From: the human T2T-CHM13v2.0 reference genome, Homo sapiens | NCBI RefSeq assembly: GCF_009914755.1 | Contig: NC_060928.1 | Length of the DNA: 64,000 bases | Direction: 5' to 3' (one strand) | In this document: piece by piece, positions 1 through 11,087 of the stretch | Numbering within the stretch: the stretch's first letter is position 1 | Layout: each line of letters starts with the position of its first letter | The notes under the pieces: model-generated | Databases searched by the model: none | What the model was told of the DNA's origin: nothing | What the model saw: the letters and a program-made list of their open reading frames with translations, nothing else | Made by a program: the position numbers and the translations under genes

Positions 1-29
1 AATGTGGGATAACGAACTTTGGAGTTCAG

Positions 30-170
30 TTTGAGTAATTTTATATTCTGAGCTTCAGTTTGTTCATCTGTAAAGTGGGGATATCAGTCCTGCAGGGTTT
101 TCATGAAGATTGCAGGAGCAAAAAATCTAGCACTATGAAGTTCAGTACATTTAAATTGTTGTTAATGATT
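30..170 (+). mobile_element. MIR SINE fragment
   Basis: MIR core-like TCTGAGCTTCAGTTTGTTCATCTGTAAAGTGGGGATA; degenerate, boundaries approximate. Confidence 0.55.
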
Positions 171-890
171 ATAAGAACAATTTTAGGTTTTTTTTGGTAT
201 AGTGTCACTAACTTGTATTAGCAAAAGGAAAATATAATGTGAAATATGCTTAAAATAAAAATCTTCCTTTATAATATAAATGAATATAAAACATGAAAAG
301 ATTAAAAAATGAAAAATAATGAGTCATAACATCTGAAATAATATTTTCTCCTTCTGGAAGAGGCAGACTTGCAAACCTAACATTCTCCTTTGGCTCTAGA
401 CTTTGCACTTAGTGTTTATAGTCCATCCCAGGAAAGGCCTTCTCTGTCTGTAGTAATGGACCATTTCCGTCTTTCTTAATGAGGCTTTACCTCAATGCCT
501 TTTAAATATTAGAAAGCAAATTTGTGTGAAGTGGACTCTTCCCCATGTTGTGTATGGGCTTCCCAAGAAGAAATACGTGCATATGTTCTTAGAGAAAATA
601 TGACTTCTCTTGTTCTTTTTTTTAAAAATTTCACAAATTTGGGACACACATTTTAGTACCATGCTAATAAAGACTGGCTGGTTCTTTCTCATATAAAGAG
701 AAATTTAAATTGGCTTTCTCTAATCAGTGAGAGAGAAATGTTCCTTATTCAACACTCAGGAACTGGGTTTGTGCGTTCTATAGCTGCAGTCTCACATGAC
801 TTGAGGTGAAATTTCTTGGTGCCTTTCCATTCCTATAAAATGGTGTTCTGAGAACCACCAGTAGAAGGCAAAATGTAAATGGATGATATT

Positions 891-913
891 AAACAAACAA
901 ACAAACAAACAAA
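891..913. repeat. (AAAC)n microsatellite
   Basis: Five-plus AAAC units read directly. Confidence 0.9.
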
Positions 914-1554
914 AAGGTGGAAATGGTGGAGAGAACCCACTGCTGCGTGGCAGTGTTTGAAATGGATAACAACATAAAGTGGGCTGTGGTATAAAATTTG
1001 AGTCCCACAGTGAAATGTGCTACTCAAGGTAAACAGTTCAGTTTTGTTGTCCTTGGCAGTTCTTGAGAAACTTGTCATGTTAATGTAATTATTGAAATTG
1101 AATTTGGAAATTGTAATGTTGCTCTCGTATTTCACTTAAAAACACTGCTGCTAACGCCCACCTTGAAAGGGATCACATATATCTCATAAGCAGGGCACTG
1201 CTAATATTTTAGTTACCCCATAGGAAGGATAGTGAAATGAAATACTGTAAAAGCACAACCAGTCTGCATTTTCTTTTCCATGCTTTTTTCCAACGAGATG
1301 CATAATGCAAAAATAACCCACTACCCAAGTGCTCTTTACAAATACACAAATGGTACTCATTGTGTGTTGGAGATCACCCTGGGTCTCTGTGACCTTGGCA
1401 ACATTTCAGGGGTTACATTTTCACATAGATCAACTGTTCTTGAATAGTTTCTCCAATATATTGGCACAGACCAGCTTTTCTTAAACAGTAAGCATTTATA
1501 CCTTCTTTCCCCACCTTTTTTCCCTCAACAAACATAGCCATTATGGCCTTTAAA

Positions 1555-1577
1555 AGAGAGAGAGAGAGAGAGAGAGA
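1555..1577. repeat. (AG)n microsatellite
   Basis: About 11 AG units read directly. Confidence 0.95.
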
Positions 1578-4139
1578 AAGCGAGAAATCCCTAATTACCA
1601 TTTACATAGGAGTTTCCATATAGTCTCAGGGCAATGTTGTGATATCTGATCTTGGTCCACATTTTTTCCTTATTTTATTTTAAAGGATTGACTTTTTAAG
1701 GATTTCCTTTTGAGAATACTCTATTTTGCATATTGTTCCCAATAGAACGGTTTAAAAGATATTTGTAAAACTAGGCATTTATTTTCCCTGAGATATCTTT
1801 TGATCATTTTTCTAAAAGGGAATTGTTGATTTGATTTTTTGTTAGTTTGGAATTATTTGAGGAAAGTAAACTTGTTGTATTTCTTCAGACTTGGTTTTCT
1901 TGGGCGCTGAATACTGAGAGAAGCAGCTCTGTATGCTAGTTTGTTTTTTTTTTCTTTCACATCTTAACATACTTCTTTAAATGGCTGTATAAATAACATA
2001 AGTTCCTTTGATCACTATTTGATTTTTAAAGTTGTTTTAAATTCATGATGAAACTACTAATTTCCTCCTTTGGGTTCTCTGAGTATTAGGCAGAAAAGTT
2101 ATTCTGCAAGTACCATGATACAGAAGAATAACAGTAGAGAAGAAAATAGTTAATATTAATGTCTCTTAAGTTCTTCAATGCATCTTCACGTTGGAGAGAC
2201 TTGATAGTACCATGTTCAACTTTTAATGTAAACAAGTATCACAAAATTCTTTTTTCTGCTTGATTTTACAGTTGTATGGCTAGTCCAAAGTTGAAAATGT
2301 GTTTGTTCTTGAAAGAAAAATGTCCCTCATTGCTTGGATTAATGGTGCTTTAAGACGTGTTTATTCAAAGATGGCAGCACAGAGGTGAATAGGCTAAATG
2401 CTCTACATTAGACATCATTGTGTCTTTCACAACAGATGCAGTCAGTGAACTGTTTATATAGCTGCCTTAAATTTTTCTTTGATTTATAATCTATGAGAAA
2501 ATGGAAATGTTTGTCTTTTTTTTAACAAAACCTTGGAGATTTTAGACAAACGTATCTAGTATTCTAAAAACCAATTCATGAAGAAGTCTCAGCCTGCTGC
2601 ACTTCAGCTCTGTTGTTAAATTACATATTCAGGTTCTTTTAAGAATTGTTCTAATAGGCAGTTGAATGAAGAAAAATTATTTTGATTTTGGTATGTTAGA
2701 GGCAATTCATTTGTTAAATGTGAACTTATGACACTTCAAAATAATTATTAAGAAATATCTTGGTATTTATGAGGTGTGTGACATCTTTTTTTTTTTAAAA
2801 ATAGGCTCTATATAGCATATAATTATTAAACAAAACAATTAGAATTTTTTTCTAAACTCATGTTTCTTTTTGTTTGGTTATTAGAATCATCTTGTTAGTA
2901 TTCTAAAATAGATGGAAGTGATCAGACTAGATGCTTTAGTTAATGCTAAAACTGTGATACAAACACACAAGTGATAAAAGGAAAGGAAACTAACCAATGT
3001 ATGGCTATCTTTAGGATGTCTTGAGAGAGCTTCTGTTAGCATTTGAGTTAAATTCTTCTGGCGACACAAATATACATATATATTTAATACACTTTTTGTG
3101 AACTTTCTCACCAGTATGACTTTTTAGGTGTAACTAGCAATCTTTTAGCAAGGATAGCAGTAAAACTTTCTACTTCTACAGATTTATTTTTCGTTCAATG
3201 ACGTACTCCTAGTTAAAAGCTCTTTTGGGATTTGTAAAAATATATCTTTGCTAATACTAACTCAAAGGGTGAAAATGAATAATATCTTTCTTTAGGAGTT
3301 TGAAAAAAGTTTATCCTCTTGTTGCTTTGTTGAAGTTGATGTAACTTCTCAAATTAGTCATATATAAGTCTGTGCATATATACGTAGCCCAAGAGTACAT
3401 TATTTTTGACAGTTAAATCTAGGCTTGATGATCAAAGTATCTGTTTCAGTACAGAAAAATATTTGAGAATGAAGATTTTTATTAACATTTGAGAGATGAC
3501 TTTATGTGATTAATGTTTTAATACCCTGAGTTTGCTGAATTAAATCTGAAAGTTGAAAATTAGCTTGAATTTGACTATGATCCTTTTTTCACCAGTTAAT
3601 TATGTAATTTCTTTGATTATATGTTAATGCTGGGAACTTCTCAAGCTCAAAACAGTGTAAAAAAATAGAGCTCCCTAGAGCATATGTATAAATATAAAAT
3701 ACCTATGAATTGGTTCTATAATCCTGAATGAAAATGTAAACATTTTGAAAGAAACCCAATTTGTAATTATAACTTTTTTTGCATGTTTTTAGGTAGACTT
3801 TTGCAGGAGTTATTTTTTCATTTGTTCCTAAAAGTGAAAATACAGGTATAAGCAAGCCTTTGTAGAAAATTATTGGCTCTTAGAATATGTGACTATTTTA
3901 GAAAATGATTAAGTGCCAAAGTAAGACCCTATTGTAAGGAGAGGCTTGGATCAATAAGTTAATATAAACTATATCCTGAATCAAAAATAAGTGAAATGAA
4001 TAGAGGGTACTGCTTTGAAAGATTTAGTATCTCCATAGTATTTATGATTACTGTATGTTTAGTAGGCAACATTTATGAAAGTATGATTTATTTATACTTT
4101 GGCTTGTTCATGAATCTGAAAGGATCCTAGGGAAGCCTG

Positions 4140-4460
4140 AGATATTTTTCCTCACAGGCTTTGCATATGTAAATATCCGCCAGTCAGAGTGGGTTTGAGG
4201 CCTTGACCTTGTTTTTCTGAAGCTCTCTGATAAGAAGAGCTGCCTGCTCTCCATGACAAGGTCTGGCCCTGCTGCTGCACCATCACCTTGGAAAGGGGGA
4301 TTAAAGCCCCAGTCTGGAATGACATGACTTGGCTTCTGTCCCAGCTCTTCCTGCTTATATAGGATGACCCTGCGTGGACTCCGAAACCTTTTGTGCCTTG
4401 GGTGCTCCCAATGTAAATAAGCGATAGTGTTATCTATTCCCGCGTGACTCATGGATATTC
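4140..4460. promoter_or_regulatory. Candidate enhancer-like motif cluster in non-repetitive, GC-richer DNA
   Basis: POU-like near-palindrome TTTGCATATGTAAA 4160-4173, TGACCTTG nuclear receptor half-site ~4204, TGATAA 4228, CArG/TATA-like CTTATATAGG 4354-4363, TGTAAATA FOX-like ~4413, AP-1 TGACTCA 4445-4451; motif evidence only. Confidence 0.35.
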
Positions 4461-5056
4461 AAAATCATTATAGATAATGCGATGCATTGAAAGGCATTTG
4501 GGAATTTTGGCTGTTAAGGTACTGTTCTTCTGTCTTTCATTCACCCAGAAAATTGGAGCATTTGCATCTGCCAATTACCCTTTTGTAGTCCTCGCTTACC
4601 ACCGAGTATCTGGTGTAACTTAGTAAACTGTTAAAAGAATTGAAATAAAGAAAAAGTTAGCTATAATCTTACATATTTCTTTTTTTCTATGAATTTTAAA
4701 TGAGAAAGGCAATAATGTACATGTTCTTCTGTATGTTGCTTTGTACATGTAATAGTATAACATAAGGGTTTTTTTGTTTTGGTCCAGATTTTTTGTAAAC
4801 ATTATTTTTGATAGATGTATAAGATGTTCAGCCAAGAAGACATACTGTGGCTTACTTAGCTCTTCTATACTTGGATGTTTAGATTGTTTCTAGTTTTTGA
4901 TATTATGAGGTGTGTGTTATGAGAGGAACATCTTAATTTATAAGATTTGATCTGATTTGGGTATATATTCTTAGTATTGGTTCTTAGCAACAAAATTACT
5001 GAGTCCAAGGGTAGGAGTACTTTAATGCTCTTGATAATTACTGACAAATTCTTTTC

Positions 5057-5367
5057 CTTTTTTTTTTTTTTTTTTTTTTTTGAGACTGGGTCTTTCTCTG
5101 TTGCCCAGGCTGAGTGCAGTGGCACAGTCATGGCTCACTGCAACCTCAAACTCCTAGGCTCAAGGGACCCTCCTACCTCAGCCTCCTGAATAGCTGGGAC
5201 TACACGTGCATGCTACCATACTTGGATTGTTTTTTAAAAATTTTTTTCTAGAGATGGGAGTCTCACTATGTTACCCAGGCTGGTCTTTAACTCCTGGCCT
5301 CAAGCTGTCCTCCTTCCTCAGCCTCCCAAGGGGCTGAGATTGCAGGCATGAGCTACCAAGTGCAGTC
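5057..5367 (-). mobile_element. Alu, AluJ-type, full length
   Basis: Poly-T, then GAGACTGGGTCTTTCTCTGTTGCCCAGGCTG..., dimeric; degenerate TSD CTGACAAATTCTTTTC / CTGACAAGTTATTTTC. Confidence 0.95.
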
Positions 5368-5451
5368 CTGACAAGTTATTTTCTGAAAGATTTTAAATGT
5401 AGTTTAAATTTGCTACTTAGACTAGATATTCTCTTCTTGGCTCTGACACTT

Positions 5452-5823
5452 TGATATGGTTTGGCTTGCCCCCATCCAAATCTCATCTTGAATTGTAGTT
5501 CCCATAATCGTCACTTGTCACGGGAGGCACCTCATGGGACATGATTAGATTATGGGGGCAGTTCCCCCATGCTGTTCTTGGGGATAGCGAGAGACTTCTC
5601 ATGAGATCTGATGGTTTTACAAGGGGCTTTCCTCTCCTTTGCTCAGCGTTTCTTTTTCCTGCCACCATGTGAAGAAGGACGTGTTTGCTTCCTCTTCCAC
5701 CATGATTGTTAGCTTTCTGAGGCCTCCCAGCAATGTGGAACTGTGAGTCAATTAAACTCTTTTCTTTGTAAATTACCCAGTCTCAGATATTTCTTCATAG
5801 CAGTATGAGAACAGACTAATATA
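5452..5823 (+). mobile_element. THE1D-like solo LTR (ERVL-MaLR)
   Basis: Starts TGATATGGTTTGG, contains CCATGTGAAGAAGGACGTGTTTGCTTCC, ends GACTAATATA; perfect 5-bp TSD CACTT at 5447-5451 and 5824-5828. Confidence 0.93.
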
Positions 5824-6000
5824 CACTTTAAACACTTCATTTTTCTAGGCCTGGTTCTTTCAAAAATACTTCTCAGACTCTCCAGCACACTAAAATAGGA
5901 TCATTCATTTCTCTCAAGTGGTTGTGGGTCCCTCTCTCTCAAATTTATTAATGTAATCAGAAAGTTCAGTACATTATCCTGAGGTAATAGCTTGTATAGT

Positions 6001-6486
6001 TGTATTAATTTCTTGAAGCTGCTGTTACAAATTACACAAATTTAGTGGATTTAAACAACTGAAATGTATTCTCTCATAGTTCTGGAAGACCAAAGTCCAA
6101 AATCGTTGTCCCTGAGTTGGAATCAAGGTGTCAGCAGGGCTGTGCAACCCCTGGATGTTCTAGGAGGTAACTCATTCCTTGCCTTATCCAGCCTCTGGTG
6201 GCTGCTGGCATTCCTTGGCTTGTGGTTTGCATCGGTCTAGTCTCTTCCTCTCTGGTCACATTACCTTCTCTTCTTCTGTGTGTGCAATTTCCCTCTGCCT
6301 CCCTCTCATGAGGACACGTGGTGGCATTTAGGGCCTATGTGGATAATCTAGGATAGTCTTCCCACCACAAAATCCTTAATCTAATCACATCTCCACAAAC
6401 TCTTTTTTAAAATAACATAACACTTACAGGTACCAGCCATTAGGACCTGACTTTTCAGGCCACTACAACTTTTCAGGCCACTACAA
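6001..6486 (-). mobile_element. MLT1 (C/D-like) solo LTR
   Basis: TGTATTAATTTC...GCTGCTGTTACAAATTAC...TATTCTCTCATAGTTCTGGA...AAGGTGTCAGCAGGGCTG matches the reverse complement of an MLT1 LTR. Confidence 0.85.
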
Positions 6487-6526
6487 AGATGAGTAAGATA
6501 GTTTGACTAATGCTTTGGATTTTCTT

Positions 6527-6625
6527 TAAATCATATATGTATATATATACACACACACATACACACACACATATATATTTAAATCATATATATTATATAT
6601 AAATCATATATATATGATTTATATG
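6527..6625. repeat. TA/CA low-complexity tract with 28-bp perfect palindrome
   Basis: Three TAAATCATATAT units; palindrome at 6597-6624. Confidence 0.85.
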
Positions 6626-9161
6626 ACACTTCTGGGAAATTATATGGTTGAATATGAAGTGCAAATATGAATATAAAGATGTGAAGGCTTCCGATAGTAT
6701 TATCTCTTCCTAGTAATATATGACCTCCTGTTAAATGTGGTATATTTCTATTTTTTGAGATGCAGCAAAAGAAGCGTTGATGTTTTATAACTGGTGTTTA
6801 AGAAAGTTTTCATTAGAAACGTGAAATTTCCTAATTCAAATTCATGAAAATTTGAGAAAATTTATTATAGCCACTGTCAAAGTTAAGGAGGAAATTAAAA
6901 CTTTTCCTTTTGAAATGGGAATGTCTGTACTGGAATTAAACTGAGCATGTTTTCTCCCTATAAATACTGTTGATGTCAACTAAGTTTCCCTGTTCGCCCA
7001 CACATGGTACAATTATAGTTTCAGGTATATATTTCTGACAATCTATACCAGGCACAGAGCTTGCTATTCGAATTACCACCGTACAGTTCTAGAAAATAGC
7101 AGGTTGTCACTTCTAGATTTGCAGCAAGAGAGAGGAACTTAAAGAAGGTGGGAGAAAAGGCAAGGGTTAGAAATAACCTGCCAGTTCTAATCCTCAGAAT
7201 CTTTGCATAAACAAGATTGGAATGAAAACAGGATTTTTTTTTTTTAATTTGGAAACCTGTAACTTATCCAGTCATAACATTCCATGCTGAGTGCATGCAC
7301 ATTTTAGAAAGACACCACAGTGTAATGCGCTAGGTTCCCAAATCTGCTTCAGTGCTGGCTTTGTGTATAACTTGAACCTAAGATGTCAATTAGCTGGATG
7401 GTGTATTTTTACATAGCATCCGGTAACATGGAAATAGAGGATAAAGTGGCCAGCAAAAAAAAAAAAAAAATAGCCTAACAGAAATAAGTTTTAAGAACAT
7501 TTTACATGTTAATCAGAGTGTTAAGTTCTGTATTTGTAAATGCAAAATTGTAAAGGCACAATTTAAGTTTTAATTTGTACATACAAATATGATGATGACT
7601 TCAGAAATTTTCAATGCCTAGTCTCAGCTAAATACAATGCAAGTGTATTAAAAACAAGGGCAGAGTTTCAGAATAAGGAAAGTTAACAAAAGCAATTTAA
7701 AATAAGTCCTAAACCTGATTATTTTGTTCAAGAGTACAGATATATATGTTATTTGAGGCAGAAGTTGGGACAGCATAGAAGCTGTCTGTATTATTTGAAT
7801 AGTCAGAATATCAAGTAGTAAGCAATTTGATTACTTTTTAGGGGTGTGGAAACAATTTTGTTAATTTTGTTATGGCAAATCTTGGGAACCCAAATAACTT
7901 ACCAAAAAAGGGTATACTTCTAGATGTTTTAAAAATACATAGTCCTCACCCATATCTCTGGAATCTTTGAGACAGTTTACCAAACAGTAAAGCAAAAACC
8001 AACCTGAAAACAAAAAGCACCAAATAAAGTTGCCCAAAAAATATGCCCCAAGAGTGTCAGACCTCCCGTGATGCTAAGCTTTGCACATCCATTTGAAAAG
8101 TAGACTAAGGTCTTGTAACACTGATGGTTCCAACCCTGGAACCCCTTGGGCAGAGGGCCAGTTAGGTGTCCTTTTCTGTTAATACTTTGTGCAGGGTTGG
8201 TAGGGGCCCTCAGCTCATAGGTTGAAACTCAAACAAGTATTCTCTGCTTCCTGGGTACATTGGTCATTGAAGAGATTTAATGTTTCCAAATTGAGTGTTG
8301 TGACCTATTAATGGGGTCATGACATCAATATAGTGGGTTTCAACTAGCAAATACATAGATTAAAATACAGTAAAATCGAAAATATCAGAATGCCTCACCT
8401 GTAAGGATAAGCATTGTTTTGTGAAAATTTTGTTTAAATGGTGCAACATGATGTAAAATCTTCTAATAGGCTATTCTTAGATCTCAGTCAGAATAAGACT
8501 CCTTCCTTGTGGAGAAGGAGTGCCTAAAATATTGTTAGATCTTTGTTTTCAGATCTTGAGAGGGCCCGAGAGACCGGATGGCAGTTTATTACTGCTGGCA
8601 GTTGAGTGTGGTGAGAACATACAGAGAACGACCTTGAAGATTTAGACTATATTTAACATGACTGAGAGATATTCTTGACCATGTATTCACTTCCCTGAAA
8701 TTGACTTAATCAGTTCAAAAGCTTGTCTATAACCTAGGAAATACAAATTAAAACAACAATGAAATATCCCTTTAAACCCGTCAAATTGGCAAAAAAATAG
8801 TTGATATCTGATATCTCCAAAGTTGGCCTGAATATGGCAGAAGAGGAATTCTTTTCTTTCTCTTGGGAAAGCAATTCGACAGTTCCCTGTAAAGCAGAAA
8901 ATGTGTGTATCCTCTGACCCAACACTTCCATAGCTATGCATCTGCCCTGGAGGGACTCTTCTCCTGAACATGGGCAAGAACACTTGCACCAGAGTGTTCA
9001 TTGTACTACTTGTATATGTGTGTGTACAAAATGGAGTATAGCAAAGATTAGACATATAGTCACATAGGTATATATTCATATGAAGATATATCTGATCTCT
9101 GCTATACATACTCTGGTTCATTTCAACAATAGACTGGTTAAGAGGGCTCTGCAGACTGCAT

Positions 9162-9162
<1 letters not shown>

Positions 9163-9200
<38 letters not shown>
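9163..9200. repeat. (GT)19 microsatellite
   Basis: Read directly. Confidence 0.98.
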
Positions 9201-9203
<3 letters not shown>

Positions 9204-9327
9204 GTGTATTTAAAGGAAACAACTTGACTATCCCTCTCTTGAGTAATTAATAACACACAAGTTTATGCTGCGAATATAGCAGTTGAAGTGAATGAATTAT
9301 ATTTATACCTGTATCAATGGAAATTCA

Positions 9328-9330
<3 letters not shown>

Positions 9331-9404
<74 letters not shown>
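9331..9404. repeat. (CA)16(GA)21 compound microsatellite
   Basis: Read directly. Confidence 0.98.
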
Positions 9405-9408
<4 letters not shown>

Positions 9409-10044
9409 GGGGAAAAAAACAAACTGGAAATAATTCATGTAATATAATGCCATTTATGTAAAAGTTTGGCCCACAGAACACAATTGTGTCTGTTATATCT
9501 AGGCATTCACACATATTAAAACAAAAAACCTGAATGAAATTATATTCTGAAAATTATTTATCTCTAGAGAGGAAGAGAGTGAGAAGGATGATGGCAGCAC
9601 TTAGTGGTAGTGTTTTAGCTATTATCTAGAACATTTTCTTTCTGACAAAAGTAAACATTCTGAAGCCTAAATAGCAAAATGTTAATATTTAGTAAATATT
9701 TCTGAATTTTTCTGTTTTTTTCTGAAGTATTAAACAGCTTAAGATATAGTCTGTTCTATACAAAGTAGAATCATTTAATCTTTGAGTTATTGCTTAATAC
9801 ATATGTTGGGAATTTCATATCTCTTTGAATATATTAAATTTAAAATTAACTTACTATTTTGAAGAAAGGACAAACTTTAAACCCTTGCAGTCTCCTTTGC
9901 TAATCTCTGCTGTACTCATCTTCACTTTAATGATGGAATGGTTGAGAGTGTAACCGGAAATGTTTTCTTTGTTTTGCTTATTCTCAATTCAGTCTCTGCA
10001 GACTACTGAATTCAATCTTGATGTTCTCCAAGTATGCTCTGTTC

Positions 10045-10160
10045 ACTAGAACAGAAGCTCTGTGAGGGCTAGGTTTTGATCTCTGCTTCACCAGTGTGTA
10101 ATGCTTGGCACATAGCAGGGTGCAGTAATATTTGTTGAATGAAGAAATAAATGGATAAAG
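10045..10160 (+). mobile_element. L2 LINE 3' end
   Basis: CACTAGAACAGAAGCTCTGTGAGGGC...TGCTTGGCACATAGCAGG...AATATTTGTTGAATGAA is the typical L2 terminus. Confidence 0.8.
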
Positions 10161-10720
10161 AATGAGTGCTTTTTCATAGCCTGTTAGTTTATGTATGTAG
10201 CATGACTAAGTGCATATTATATGCAAAATAAAGTTATGGCATAGAAATTAATTAGATGCTTCTATATTAATCTGTTCCTTACTTGCCTTCTAGAACTTAG
10301 GGCAAAGTGTATTTTTCTGAACAAGTTTGTCAGCTACCTTTGTTTGAAAAGTAAGAATTCAATTTAACCCCTTACCCCCTTTTTTATCCCCGAGTCCCAG
10401 TTAGTTTAGTTAAGTTTAGTATTCGATCAGACAGAAAAGAATGAACTTATTATACTCCTGTCTCTATAGTGTCTATAGTTTCTGATTTCTGTGTTTGCTT
10501 TTGTTCTTGTTGCTGCTCTATTTAATTCTTAATCATGTAAATTGCCTCAAAAGTCTTTTTGAAAAAATAAGGACAAATTACTTCCATAAAAATTTATATT
10601 CTTGTAAAGTTGTATATTACTTACTTTTTTTTTTTTTAAAAAGACAATCTTTTAAGATGTTTCTGTGGTCCAGTATTTTTAAAAGAATTCGGTTATGAAT
10701 TTTATACAGCAGATGCTTAG

Positions 10721-11087
10721 TGTTATGGGCTGAATTATATCCCTTATAATTTATACGTTGAAATTAAAATGTGATTGTATTTGGACATAGTGTCTTTAAG
10801 GAGGTGATTGGGTTTAAATGAAGTCATTGGGGGTAGGCCTTAATCCGGTATGACTGGTGTCCTTATAAGAAGAAGGTGTTAGGACACAGTAGAGAGGAAG
10901 GACCAGGTGAAAACACACAGAAAGGACAGCCATCTGCAATGCAAGGAGGGAGGCCTCAGAAGAAAGCAGCCCTGTGGACACCTTGATCCCAGACTTCCAG
11001 CCTCCAGAATAGTGAGCAAATAAATTGCTGTTCTTTAAGCCATCCAATGTGTGGTATTTGTCACAGCAGCCCTAGCAAACTAATACA
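10721..11087 (+). mobile_element. MLT1A/B-like solo LTR
   Basis: TGTTATGGGCTGAAT ... GCAGCCCTAGCAAACTAATACA; perfect 5-bp TSD CTTAG at 10716-10720 and 11088-11092. Confidence 0.93.

Larger units (their letters stand above)
8735..9720 (+). mobile_element. Ancient L1M (L1ME/MC-like) ORF2 end and 3' UTR, interrupted by microsatellites
   Basis: GAAATACAAATTAAAACAACAATGAAATATC resembles the L1 ORF2 EMQIKTTMRY region, followed by ...AGCAATT...TATCCTCTGACCCAACACTTCCA. Confidence 0.75.

Noticed and set aside
3770-3800. TTTTTAG|GTAGAC recursive-site-like motif
   Set aside because: Weak donor half; such motifs are common in T-rich intronic DNA
8280-8480. Possible ancient MER DNA transposon fragment (similar case at ~38540-38780)
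   Set aside because: Resemblance too weak to assign a family or boundaries without a profile search
8687-9256. 189-aa minus-strand ORF, the longest in the track
   Set aside because: Antisense to an old L1M, runs through (GT)n giving HTHT repeats, and has a non-ATG start; no protein-like features
10806-10816. TGATTGGGTTT DUX4-like motif in the MLT1A/B LTR
   Set aside because: Mismatch in the TAA half-site, so not counted with the three perfect motifs
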